A DNA stretch of 55,526 nucleotides. Source: Syntrophales bacterium. Its GTDB lineage: Bacteria > Desulfobacterota > Syntrophia > Syntrophales > UBA2192. The stretch spans positions 1-55,526 of the forward strand of contig DATJPI010000294.1 in assembly GCA_035506495.1 (NCBI GenBank), in the 5' to 3' direction. Every line of letters starts with the position of its first letter. The first letter of the stretch is position 1. The translations under genes were made by a program, and so were the position numbers. Positions 33,160 through 41,773 of the stretch are shown here, one piece after another. The notes beneath the pieces were generated by a model, which saw only the letters and a program-made list of their open reading frames with translations, did not search any database and was not told the DNA's origin.

Positions 33160-33462
33160 TTACTGGATCCGGGTCACGAGCAGTGTTGCCGTATCGAATC
33201 CCTCCACCGACAAAAGGCGGATCTCGTAGACGGTCCCGTCGGGACATTTGTAATGCACAAACTCGCCGAGGTTGAGACGCTCCACTTCGAGATTGTCGGC
33301 TCCAACGGCCCCGATCCGAAGATGGAGGAAGCTGTGGGCAACGCTGACGATGCTCACAAACAGGGCCCCCTGGGCGATGACCGCCGTGGAGTATTGCTTT
33401 GCCGTAATCGTTTCGCTCGGGTACGCCATGCTATATTCTCCGCTGTTCGTTTCGGCCTGCAT
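33160..33462 (-). CDS. Hypothetical protein
   Basis: 100-aa ORF with no recognisable motif. It has its own terminator. Coding status is uncertain. Confidence 0.35.
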   Translation of the reverse strand: MQAETNSGEYSMAYPSETITAKQYSTAVIAQGALFVSIVSVAHSFLHLRIGAVGADNLEVERLNLGEFVHYKCPDGTVYEIRLLSVEGFDTATLLVTRIQ

Positions 33463-33970
33463 CTTTTTCCGGTAGGCAACGCCATTTTAGCAAATCACCG
33501 CCTGAATACCAGTTTTTTTTGCCCGCAGAATCGTCATGAGGGTGAAAAGACGACGATCCTTTACATGTCGATGAGCTCACGTCAGGCGCTGCGAGAACCG
33601 GGCGCGCACCTCACCAGGGTGCAACAGACTGGCAGGTCGCTGCCTCGCCGGAAAGCCCCGCGCAACGGAATAAGGCCTTCCATGCGCGTCGAATTGTTTT
33701 CGGCGGCCCTATTGCTTTTTGAAACAGAGCTATCTATATTAGTTCTGTAATAAATGCTTGGTTTCGGTAACGCTGACCCCTTCGCACTGATCCTCTATTG
33801 ATCGCTCTGAGAATAAGAATCTCGCCCCAGCCCTACCGAAGCCAGAAGGCATCCAGCCTCCCCCTCCTTGGCTGTTTGCCTCGACGGGGCTTTTTCCTCC
33901 TCCTTTGGCCCCTGAACTACGGTAGGGCAGGGCCTGAAACAGGTTGCCCTCACACATTGACGATGGGCAC

Positions 33971-34003
33971 AAAAAAAGCAGGGTTTCGAACCCTGCTTTT
34001 TTC
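33971..34003. terminator. Bidirectional intrinsic terminator
   Basis: AAAAAAA-GCAGGGTT-TCG-AACCCTGC-TTTTTT lies 22 nt after the pilZ-domain gene stop on the minus strand. Confidence 0.85.
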
Positions 34004-34024
34004 TTATGAAAGGAGGCCGTGGAT

Positions 34025-34396
34025 TTAGTTCATGGCTTCACGAAACGGGGTGATTAGATATCCGCCGTCGAAGCCGACGGCCATCCCTCCCGGTCCCGAA
34101 CGGATGACGGTACCGTTCACCTTGATCAATCCCCGTGTATTGTCGCCGACGATACTGACACTGCGCAAAGGCAGCAGGATATCGAGTTTAACCTTTGTCC
34201 CCTGGGGAAGGGCTGTCTTGGTAGGAAAATAGGCGCCCCCTGCACAGATATCTTTTGTCAGCAGTTCAGTCATGGGCACCCAGTCCACCGAGGACAGCAC
34301 CTCGATCTTGGCGGGGACTTCAAGATCGAAGCGCTCCAGCCTTCTGCGCTCATAGACCAGATCATAGGTATTGGCCATTCGCGTGATTTTTCTCAT
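34025..34396 (-). CDS. PilZ domain protein
   Basis: I chose the ATG at 34396, which has AAAGGAAAA upstream. ERRRLERF (RxxxR) and DICAGGAYF (DxSxxG-like) fit a PilZ c-di-GMP binding site. The track ORF opens at 34540. Confidence 0.7.
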   Translation of the reverse strand: MRKITRMANTYDLVYERRRLERFDLEVPAKIEVLSSVDWVPMTELLTKDICAGGAYFPTKTALPQGTKVKLDILLPLRSVSIVGDNTRGLIKVNGTVIRSGPGGMAVGFDGGYLITPFREAMN

Positions 34397-34715
34397 CGCT
34401 GCGTTTTCCTTTCCCCTGTGGGCCATGCCGCCATGGCTCCAACGGCCTGGCATGGAGAGATGTTCATCGACTCCTATTTCTGCTCCCGCAGCGGAAACAG
34501 GAATATGAGGCCTACCTGTCCAGGTCAAAAACCAACCCAAAGCGATTTTATTCAGAATTCATGCCAACCCGGGCGGGCGGATGCCCGCCCACGGGCTTCG
34601 GGCATGAGGCTTCAGGAGAAAGAGGTCGTCGCTCGGGAAAGATGCAGGAGTTGCAGAAAAAAGGACCGAGGGGGACCCTCGATCCTTCATTTTCCGGATG
34701 CGTGCCGTTTCGTAC

Positions 34716-36236
34716 CTAATGGGGCTTGGCGTCGAGAACCTCGCGTACCTTGGCTAGCATGTCGTTGAGCTGGTAGGGTTTGCTGACGAATCCAACGGGA
34801 TAGGGACTGAAGGCCTCCAGGACCTGCTCCTCCGAAGAGGCGCCCGTCGAGATGATCACCTTGATCTTGGGATTGATCTTCACGAGCTCCTGGAAGGACT
34901 TCTGCCCCCCCATGCCGGGCATGATGAGATCGAGTATCACCAGGTCGATCCGGTCTTTCTCCTTGCGGTAGATCTCGATGGCTTTCTCGCCGCCATTGGC
35001 CAGAAGGGTCTCGTAGCCATGCTGGCGCAAAAGATCCTGTCCGATGTCGAGGACGGTATTCTCATCGTCCACGAGCAGGATCCTTTCCTTGCCCCGGGGG
35101 GCTTCCTTCCGGACCTTCGCCTCGGCCTTCTCCAAGCCGTCGGTTTTCAGCACAGGGAAGTAGATGCGGAAGGTGGTCCCGCCGCCGAGACGGCTGTCCA
35201 CCTGGATGTAGCCACCGTGGTTCTGGACGATGCCGTATACAATGGCCAATCCGAGCCCTGTTCCCTTGCCTGCCTCCTTTGTCGTGTAGAAAGGCTCGAA
35301 GATGTGCAGCAGGGTCTCCTTGTCCATTCCGTGGCCCGTGTCCGTCACGGTGAGAAGGATGTACTCGCCGGGGGCCGCCCCGAGCATGGACGTCGTGTAG
35401 CCCCGGTCGAGGTAGACGTTTTCCGTCTGGAAGGTGAGGGTGCCCCCTTCAGCCATGGCATCCCGGGCATTCACGCCCAGGTTCATGAGAACCTGCTCGA
35501 GCTGCGCCGAGTCGGCATTGATCACCTTCAGGCTGTCGGAGAGCTTCAGGTCGATCGTGATCATCCTCGGGATCGTCCGCTGGAGGATCTTGCAGACCTG
35601 CATGACTTCATGATTGAGGTCGAGGGGCTTGAGCTTGCTCTCCATCTTGCGGCTGAAGATCAGCAGCTGCTTCGTCAGCTCGCTGGCCCTCAGGGTGGAG
35701 CTATGGATGACCTCGAGTTTGTTGAAGTCCGGATCGCTCGCGTCCTTCTTCATGAGCAGCAGTTGGGTATAACCCGAAATGGCCTGCAGCAGGTTGTTGA
35801 AGTCGTGGGCAATGCCGCCGGCCAGGGTCCCGATGGCCTCCATTTTCTGGGCGTGAAGGAGCTGTGTCTCCAGTTTCTTCTTCTGCTCCTCGGCCTGCTT
35901 GCGCTCGCGGATTTCGCGCTGAAGATCCTCGTTGGCACGGCTCAGCTCCGCCGTCCGGATCTGAACCCGCTCCTCGAGTTCATCGGCGGCGTGTTGGAGG
36001 GCCTCCTCGGCCATGCGGCGCTGGTTGATGAGGAACTGGGTCATCATCCCGTAGGTGAAGATGAGCACGACCACCAGCAGGCGCGTCCAGAACTGGTCCG
36101 TCACCATGGAATCGAAGACCCAGTAGATAAGCGCCATCGCCACAGCGATGATAAGCAGGCCGTTCTGCTCGATCTGAAGCCGAAGCCCGCTGTATCTGCG
36201 GATGTCGATCCTCATTCCAACTCTGGCTGTACTCAT
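34716..36236 (-). CDS. Hybrid sensor histidine kinase/response regulator
   Basis: 506-aa ORF with two N-terminal transmembrane segments and a coiled coil. It has the H-box IAHDFNNLL, N/G boxes (NLGVNARDAM, DTGHGM, GTGLGL) and a C-terminal receiver (LLVDDE...DLVILDLIMPGMGG). Confidence 0.9.
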   Translation of the reverse strand: MSTARVGMRIDIRRYSGLRLQIEQNGLLIIAVAMALIYWVFDSMVTDQFWTRLLVVVLIFTYGMMTQFLINQRRMAEEALQHAADELEERVQIRTAELSRANEDLQREIRERKQAEEQKKKLETQLLHAQKMEAIGTLAGGIAHDFNNLLQAISGYTQLLLMKKDASDPDFNKLEVIHSSTLRASELTKQLLIFSRKMESKLKPLDLNHEVMQVCKILQRTIPRMITIDLKLSDSLKVINADSAQLEQVLMNLGVNARDAMAEGGTLTFQTENVYLDRGYTTSMLGAAPGEYILLTVTDTGHGMDKETLLHIFEPFYTTKEAGKGTGLGLAIVYGIVQNHGGYIQVDSRLGGGTTFRIYFPVLKTDGLEKAEAKVRKEAPRGKERILLVDDENTVLDIGQDLLRQHGYETLLANGGEKAIEIYRKEKDRIDLVILDLIMPGMGGQKSFQELVKINPKIKVIISTGASSEEQVLEAFSPYPVGFVSKPYQLNDMLAKVREVLDAKPH

Positions 36237-36329
36237 GCTGACGCTCCGATTTTTTCCCTAACGGGACCCTGCTCGAGGCATCCCGAATGGCACCCGTCTA
36301 GGTGCCAGATTGATGCTTTCTCTATATCT

Positions 36330-36345
36330 TGCAAGGACTTTGCCG
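36330..36345 (-). promoter_or_regulatory. Candidate sigma-54 promoter upstream of the hybrid kinase
   Basis: The minus strand reads CGGCAA-AGTCC-TTGCA, with GG and GC at exact -24/-12 spacing. It lies about 95 nt upstream of the ATG. Confidence 0.4.
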
Positions 36346-36435
36346 TTTTTGACTTTTTTAGTCGTTTTATTTCAAACAGATGCGCATGTAAGACAGGGAA
36401 GGTCGCACACACTTTGTCGCCTTTCGCCTAATTTT

Positions 36436-37878
36436 TCAACAACAATTTAGCATAAACGGCGCATGATTGGATGTGAAATAGGGCGGCATGCGGCGCACAA
36501 TGGACGCCACGGCAGGGTGTCGGCGAAACTCCTTGTCCAGGAAGGCCCGTACCTCACGCCTGCCCCACCCTTCCGGGTGTTCAAAATCGACGTAAAGCGA
36601 AAGATCCCCCTCGGTGAAGGGGTGGACGCGCAGAGAGGCCGTCTCGTCCGAACCGGCGGGAAGGTTGAAGATGGCCAGATTGAAAAAATCGATCACCCCG
36701 GCATGTCCCGCTGCAAATTCCAGGGTACGCCGCGCCGCCGCGGGGCCTTCCACAGGTGTACCAAACAGAAGGTAGACATAGGTGCCGATGCCGGCCCCTT
36801 TCAATGTCTTCAGGACCTTCGAGGCCACGCTGACGCGGATCCCCTTTTCCAGAGCATCGAGCACGCCCTGATCGCCCGATTCGAGGCCGAGTTTCAGCAT
36901 GACACAGCCCGAGGCCTTCAGGGCGCGGCAGAAATCCGGATCAGCAAGCTGTGGGCTCACCCGGGCAAATCCATACCAGGGTGCACCCGGCGGATGAGCC
37001 GCAAGGTGCTCGAGCAGCTGGGGACTCATGGTGCTGTCGAGGAAATGGACCAGTGACGGGGGCCTCTCTCCGACGAGCGTCTCCAGATCCGCCCGGAGCT
37101 GCTCTTCGGGGACAGGCGCGTAACAACCTCCTTCGGTTTTCTCCGGACAGAAGGTGCACCTGCGCCAGGAACAGCCCCTGGATGCGCTGTAGGGGAAAAT
37201 CGGACCCGGGGAGAGATAGCCCCCCTCGGGGAAATCGCTGTAGTCCGGTCGATGGAAGGGATCCCCGCACCGTCCGACTCCGGCCAGTCCCATCAGAAAG
37301 TCCTCCCCCGGACCGGCGACGCAGTGGTCGACGAGCCCTCGGAAGGGATTGGAGTCGATACCCCGTCTCAACCACGACGTCACGAGCCCGCCGCCCAGCA
37401 CAATGACAATCCCCGGGAAACGGCGGCGGATGAAGCCAATCACGGCAAAGGTGCAGAGTGCCTGGCTTATGTAATTCAGGGAAATACCGGCAATGGAGGG
37501 AGGGTTCTTGTCGGCCAGGTCCGTCAGCCTGCGGGCAAACCAGGGATAGAAGGGATTGGCTTCAGGGTCGCCGGCGGCCCGGAGAAGATCCCCGGATTTG
37601 AGCGGGGAATACCGGGGGTCCTGATAATCGGCCAGGGTGAGGGAGAGGTCCACCTTCCTGCCCCGCCTCTCCAGGAGGCGGTTCACATCGTTTACGCATC
37701 GGCGGTACCGGTCGATGCTGCGGTAGAGTTCCGGGTGCCTCAGCCGGGAAAGATGATCGGGCAGCCTGCGGCGGGCCCGGCGGGTCCACGTGTCAAAATC
37801 CTGAGCGCCCTCCGCGGCCGCATCCCCCAGGAGATAAAGCTGACCCTCCAGATTCACATCGAGGACCGTGCACTCCAC
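36436..37878 (-). CDS. B12-binding domain / radical SAM protein
   Basis: The radical SAM motif reads RGCSWRRCTFC (CX4CX2C as translated). The reading frame stays open upstream to the stop at 37978-37980 and encodes AIAHILLIHPPVAKACEPPGGIARLAGCL, a B12-domain-like N-terminus. That stretch has no ATG, GTG or TTG, so the real start is probably non-canonical near 37956-37974. Confidence 0.8.
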   Translation of the reverse strand: MECTVLDVNLEGQLYLLGDAAAEGAQDFDTWTRRARRRLPDHLSRLRHPELYRSIDRYRRCVNDVNRLLERRGRKVDLSLTLADYQDPRYSPLKSGDLLRAAGDPEANPFYPWFARRLTDLADKNPPSIAGISLNYISQALCTFAVIGFIRRRFPGIVIVLGGGLVTSWLRRGIDSNPFRGLVDHCVAGPGEDFLMGLAGVGRCGDPFHRPDYSDFPEGGYLSPGPIFPYSASRGCSWRRCTFCPEKTEGGCYAPVPEEQLRADLETLVGERPPSLVHFLDSTMSPQLLEHLAAHPPGAPWYGFARVSPQLADPDFCRALKASGCVMLKLGLESGDQGVLDALEKGIRVSVASKVLKTLKGAGIGTYVYLLFGTPVEGPAAARRTLEFAAGHAGVIDFFNLAIFNLPAGSDETASLRVHPFTEGDLSLYVDFEHPEGWGRREVRAFLDKEFRRHPAVASIVRRMPPYFTSNHAPFMLNCC

Positions 37879-38040
37879 GCCATGCGCCCTCAGGCAGCCG
37901 GCCAGCCGTGCAATCCCGCCTGGAGGCTCACAGGCCTTGGCGACAGGAGGGTGGATGAGCAGGATGTGTGCTATGGCTCACCTCTTCATCTTTACGAAAA
38001 CAATTTCACGGTTGACGATTTCTGCCTTGCCCGCAGGTGA

Positions 38041-38091
38041 CAGGTATCAGGTGAATGCCAGCAGGGGGAACTACCTGTTACCTGTTACCTA
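38041..38091. repeat. Inverted heptanucleotide arrays (CAGGTRW)x2 and (YTACCTR)x3
   Basis: CAGGTAT CAGGTGA is followed further on by CTACCTG TTACCTG TTACCTA. The unit is shared with the array at 25806-25835. Confidence 0.75.
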
Positions 38092-38170
38092 TCCCAAGAA
38101 AATATCGTTTGACAAGGCGCATTTCGTGTGCAAATTAGCGTAAACGTTTATTTCTCCGGAGGAAAGTTGA

Positions 38171-38491
38171 ATGTTCGAAATCACACACAAAGCGGAAGAG
38201 ATGATGCTGGCCTTCTTCAAAGAACGAAACGAGAAGGCTCTGGTAAGGATATTTTTAAACCAGGGCGGCTGAGCGGGGCCCTCCTTGGGCATGGCTCTGG
38301 ATGAGTCACGCGACGGCGACGAGATTTTCAACCAAAACGGCCTGACATTCATGATCGAAAAAGAGCTCCTCGAAGAGGTGAAGCCCATCAAAGTGGATTT
38401 CGTGGAGACACCACGAGGGGCGGGGTATTCCATCGAATCAAACCTGAAAAAAGAGGACGGCTGCGGCAGTTGCGGCGGAAGCTGCGACTGA
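38171..38491 (+). CDS. HesB/IscA-like Fe-S assembly protein, probable selenoprotein (in-frame TGA at 38270-38272)
   Basis: The ATG at 38171 has GGAGGAAA upstream. It translates as MFEITHKAEEMMLAFFKERNEKALVRIFLNQGG-[TGA]-AGPSLGMALDESRDGDEIF...DGCGSCGGSCD. The TGA sits where HesB/IscA has the conserved Cys of GGCxG. The downstream 68-aa track ORF (38285-38491) is in the same frame. Confidence 0.7.
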
Positions 38492-38516
38492 TCGGTACGT
38501 CGACGGACCTGCAGAG

Positions 38517-38546
38517 AAAAGGGGGAGCCTCGGGCTCCCCTTTTTT
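38517..38546. terminator. Bidirectional intrinsic terminator
   Basis: AAAA-GGGGAGCC-TCG-GGCTCCCC-TTTTTT lies between the convergent hesB-like and ABC-F genes. Confidence 0.85.
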
Positions 38547-38551
38547 CATGC

Positions 38552-40534
38552 TCACCATTCCCCCGATTCGGGAGTCTCCCGCTCCTCCTTGTCGATCTTT
38601 TCCTGAACCACCGACCATTGCTGATATAGATCATCGAGGACCGGTGTGATCCCCCGGTACTCGGAGCCCACTAAACGCGCCTGATTGGCATCCCCGTAAG
38701 TCTGCGGATCGGCAAGCATCGCCTCCAACTCCTCCTTGCGCTTCTCCATCTGCCCGATCCGGCCAAGGAGACCCTCGAGTTCGTCTTGCAGCGGCCTGAG
38801 CCTGCGGTAGCGATCCTGGCGCCGCTCGGCTTGAAGTCGCTTTCGCTCCCGCTCGCCGCGGCCGGCACTCCTGCCCTCTGGACCGGCGTTGCCGTCCTGT
38901 ACGGTTGGCCCTTTGTTCTCCTTCTCGTGCCAGATCCGCAGATAGTCATCGACAGAGCCCGGGTATACTGCAAGCCCTCGGTCCTTTGCCACGATGACTT
39001 TCGTGATGAGACCGGCCAGGAAGTCGCGGTCATGGGAGACGATGACATAGGTTCCGTCGAAATTTCGCAGGGCCTCCTTGAGCACTTCTTTGGATCGCAG
39101 ATCGAGATGATTCGTCGGCTCGTCGAGGATCAAGAAGTTGGCTGGCACGAGGAGCATCCGCGCCAGCGCGAGCCGGCTCTTCTCGCCACCGGACAGGACC
39201 GACACCCGCTTGAACACGTCGTCGTCGGAAAAGAGAAAATGACCCAGCAGGGTCCTGAGGTTCCCCCCCATGCCGAAGGCCGCCACTTCCTCGACGGACT
39301 CGAGCACCGTCTTGGCGGGGTTGAGCGCATCGGCCTGGTTCTGGGCATAATAGGAAGTTGTGACCTGATGGCCCTCGGTGCGGCGGCCGCCCTGGATCGG
39401 CTCGGTGCCCGCCAGGACCCGTGCCAGTGTGGACTTGCCGGCACCGTTCACACCGAGTACGGCGATGCGGTCCCCCCGCTCGATGGTGAGTGAGACCTTG
39501 TCGAGCACGCGGGTCTCCCCGTAGCGCTTATCGACATCCTCAAGGTGCAGGACGACCCTGCCGGAGCGGGGCGGGGAGGGAAACCGAAAGACGATCTCCT
39601 GTTCATCAGTCTCGAGTTCGATGAGATCCACCTTTTCGATGCGTTTCAGCCGGCTCTGGACCTGCTTTGCCTTCGTGCTCTTGGCCCGGAAGCGCTCGAT
39701 AAAGCGCTCCGTGTCACGGATCATCTTCTGCTGGTTCTCGAAAGCAGCCTCGAGCAGGCCGCGCCGGATTTCCTGCTCGCGCAGATAGTCGGAGTAGTTG
39801 CCCGCATACTCCACCCCCTTTCCCTGGGCGATCTCGACGGTTCGTCGGACCAGGTTGTCCAGAAAGCGCCGATCGTGCGATACAAGCAGCACGGCCCCCG
39901 CGTATGACGTCAGGTAGGCCTCGAGCCATGCGAGGGACTCGATGTCGAGGTGGTTTGTCGGCTCGTCGAGAAGCAGAACCGACGGCTCCCTCAGGAGGAG
40001 CCGTGCAAGCTCGATCCGCATCTGCCAGCCGCTGCTGAACTCCCCCGAGGGTCGGTGCAGATCCGGTTCGCGGAAGCCGAGCCCAAAAAGGATCTCCTTA
40101 GCCCTGGCCTCGATCCGCCATCCTTCGCCGTCCTCGATGAGGTGCTGGATACGCCCCATGTCAGCGAGCAGGCCCTCGATCTCCGGGCCGGACTCCCCGG
40201 AAGCGGTTCTCTTCTGGATTTCCATGGAGATCTCGTCAAAACGGGCCTGGAGCTGCTGCAGATTCTCAAAGGCCTTCAGGGTCTCTTCGAGAAGCGTCCG
40301 GCCGGCATGCCCGATGAGCTCCTGCGGCAGGTAACCGACGGTCGAGAAGCGCGATTTGTGGATCGCGCCCGCATCGGCCTCCACCTCCCCTGCAACGATC
40401 TTCATCAGCGTCGATTTCCCCGTCCCGTTGGAGCCGACGACGGCAATTCGGTCGCGCTCGCCGATAAAGAGGGAAAATCCCTCAAAGAGGACCTTCGGGC
40501 CATACTGCTTGGAGAGGTTTTGGATGGAAAGCAT
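38552..40534 (-). CDS. ABC-F family ATPase (translation-factor type, no TM domains)
   Basis: 660-aa ORF with two cassettes (GSNGTGKST and GVNGAGKST), an inter-domain linker and a C-terminal coiled-coil tail. Confidence 0.88.
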   Translation of the reverse strand: MLSIQNLSKQYGPKVLFEGFSLFIGERDRIAVVGSNGTGKSTLMKIVAGEVEADAGAIHKSRFSTVGYLPQELIGHAGRTLLEETLKAFENLQQLQARFDEISMEIQKRTASGESGPEIEGLLADMGRIQHLIEDGEGWRIEARAKEILFGLGFREPDLHRPSGEFSSGWQMRIELARLLLREPSVLLLDEPTNHLDIESLAWLEAYLTSYAGAVLLVSHDRRFLDNLVRRTVEIAQGKGVEYAGNYSDYLREQEIRRGLLEAAFENQQKMIRDTERFIERFRAKSTKAKQVQSRLKRIEKVDLIELETDEQEIVFRFPSPPRSGRVVLHLEDVDKRYGETRVLDKVSLTIERGDRIAVLGVNGAGKSTLARVLAGTEPIQGGRRTEGHQVTTSYYAQNQADALNPAKTVLESVEEVAAFGMGGNLRTLLGHFLFSDDDVFKRVSVLSGGEKSRLALARMLLVPANFLILDEPTNHLDLRSKEVLKEALRNFDGTYVIVSHDRDFLAGLITKVIVAKDRGLAVYPGSVDDYLRIWHEKENKGPTVQDGNAGPEGRSAGRGERERKRLQAERRQDRYRRLRPLQDELEGLLGRIGQMEKRKEELEAMLADPQTYGDANQARLVGSEYRGITPVLDDLYQQWSVVQEKIDKEERETPESGEW

Positions 40535-40540
40535 AAATAA

Positions 40541-40572
40541 CGGGTCTCGGGCTTCCGGCTTCGGGCTTCAGG
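40541..40572. repeat. Heptanucleotide array (CGGGCTT)x4
   Basis: Units are CGGGTCT CGGGCTT CCGGCTT CGGGCTT CAGG. The array starts 7 nt upstream of the ABC-F start codon. Confidence 0.85.
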
Positions 40573-40573
40573 T

Positions 40574-40605
40574 AAAAATGAAGGCGAGGACTACCGTCCC
40601 CGCCT
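40574..40605 (-). terminator. Intrinsic terminator after the cNMP-binding gene
   Basis: On the minus strand, AGGCGGGGAC-GGTA-GTCCTCGCCT forms a 10-bp stem with one G-U pair, followed by TCATTTTTAC. Confidence 0.7.
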
Positions 40606-40638
40606 CGTGTCCTATCTCGATTCTGTTTGCAATCTGTC

Positions 40639-41136
40639 TCAGGCGTATTCTGTGTTCGATGTCAGGGTCGACAGGGCCCTCTCACCGATGAGCAGCACGC
40701 GCGTGTGATTAAGCCTTGAGGCGAGCAGCCGGGTGAGTCCCTTCATGATCTCGAAGCCCATAGAGCACTCCTCAACCATGAGAGCCATGAGTTTGCTACC
40801 ATCGAAGAGGATCATCTGGGTCGGTTCCGCTACAAGAGCGCTCAGCGTGTGGAGATGAGGCTCCGCAAAGGCGGACCAACCGAAGGCCTCCCGATGGGTC
40901 ACGACGTCGATGATGACCTGCATGGGGGGCCGGGCGGAGCCCATGTCGCTTTTCATTTCCAGGAAGACCTTTCCCTGCTGAACGAGATACAGATGGGTGG
41001 AGGGGTCCCCTTCCCTATAAAGCAGAGCCCCGGTCGGATAGGATTCCTCTTTTGCAATCGCAATGAGCTTCTCGATCTGCGCATCGGTCAATCCCTGAAA
41101 GATATTACACTCTTTTAGAAATGCTGCGGACACCAT
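40639..41136 (-). CDS. Cyclic nucleotide-binding domain protein
   Basis: 165-aa ORF with a CAP effector-domain-like pattern (FQGLTDAQIEKL...LYREGDPSTHLYLVQQGKV). No DNA-binding helix-turn-helix follows. Confidence 0.7.
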   Translation of the reverse strand: MVSAAFLKECNIFQGLTDAQIEKLIAIAKEESYPTGALLYREGDPSTHLYLVQQGKVFLEMKSDMGSARPPMQVIIDVVTHREAFGWSAFAEPHLHTLSALVAEPTQMILFDGSKLMALMVEECSMGFEIMKGLTRLLASRLNHTRVLLIGERALSTLTSNTEYA

Positions 41137-41260
41137 GGGATCTCACCTCCTTTTTGGAATGAACGGCAAAGCGGGCATGAAAAGACATGTAATTTATTTA
41201 TAGCAAGCTTTTGATTTGAATTCTATGGGAAATTTCCGGGTGGTCTGCAAAGATGAGGGC

Positions 41261-41295
41261 GGAAACAAAAAGGCGGCTCCAGGACGGGGCCGCCT
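41261..41295 (-). terminator. Intrinsic terminator after csp
   Basis: On the minus strand, AGGCGGC-N11-GCCGCCT is followed by TTTTTGTTTCC. Confidence 0.7.
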
Positions 41296-41315
41296 CTGTC
41301 GGGGTCTTTTTCTGT

Positions 41316-41516
41316 TTAAATCAATTCTACGTTCTTGGCCTTCGGGCCCCTGTCCGTCGTCTCGACCTCGAACTGGACCCGCTGCCCCTCCTGCAGGCTT
41401 CTGAATCCTGCGGCCTTGATGGCCGTGTAGTGGACAAAGAGATCACCGCCCCCGTCCTGCTGAATAAAACCAAACCCTTTTTTCTCGTTGAACCACTTGA
41501 CGGTTCCCTGCGCCAT
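41316..41516 (-). CDS. Cold-shock protein (CspA family)
   Basis: 66-aa ORF: [36 protein letters not shown]1 and RNP2 motifs are present. Confidence 0.92.
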   Translation of the reverse strand: MAQGTVKWFNEKKGFGFIQQDGGGDLFVHYTAIKAAGFRSLQEGQRVQFEVETTDRGPKAKNVELI

Positions 41517-41773
41517 CGTGCTCCCTCCTGTTGAAAAATTCTCGATGGCCGGAAGCAGACTATCTGACAGAATAACCGGGAACCGCTGACAGACCCCTCA
41601 ATCATCGGCCCCTATTCTCTCCAGAATGGTCCCCCCCTTAGACCACACGGCGCACCTTAGCGCCACCCTGCAATCCCTGTCAAGCACATTTTGCGATGCC
41701 CTGGGCATGGCTGGATGCCCTGAAACCCGTCCACCTTGCAGGCGCAGAGCCTTTGTGACATACTCCAACCATC

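Noticed and set aside
33463-33760. A possible riboswitch (cobalamin, c-di-GMP GEMM, Moco, ZTP, fluoride, TPP) in the long leader of ORF 33160-33462.
   Set aside because: None of the conserved core sequences I remember for these classes could be found on either strand. I kept it only as an unclassified non-coding region in the findings.
33971-34003. A tRNA-like T-arm (CAGGG-TTCGAAA-CCCTG), considered as a possible tRNA or tmRNA fragment.
   Set aside because: No acceptor stem, D-arm or anticodon arm can be drawn around it on either strand. The flanking A-run and T-run show it is a bidirectional intrinsic terminator.
34571-34590. The GC-rich hairpin GGGCGGGC-GGAT-GCCCGCCC downstream of the histidine kinase gene, considered as an intrinsic terminator.
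   Set aside because: No U-tract follows on the relevant (minus) strand. It may still be a Rho-dependent or structural element, but I cannot support calling it a terminator.
38285-38491. The stand-alone 68-aa ORF (TTG start) and the 181-aa antisense ORF at 38089-38634(-).
   Set aside because: The 68-aa piece is in frame with an upstream ATG-initiated segment, separated only by a TGA at the conserved HesB Cys position. It is better explained as one selenoprotein gene. The antisense ORF has no motifs and overlaps both the terminator and the ABC-F gene end.
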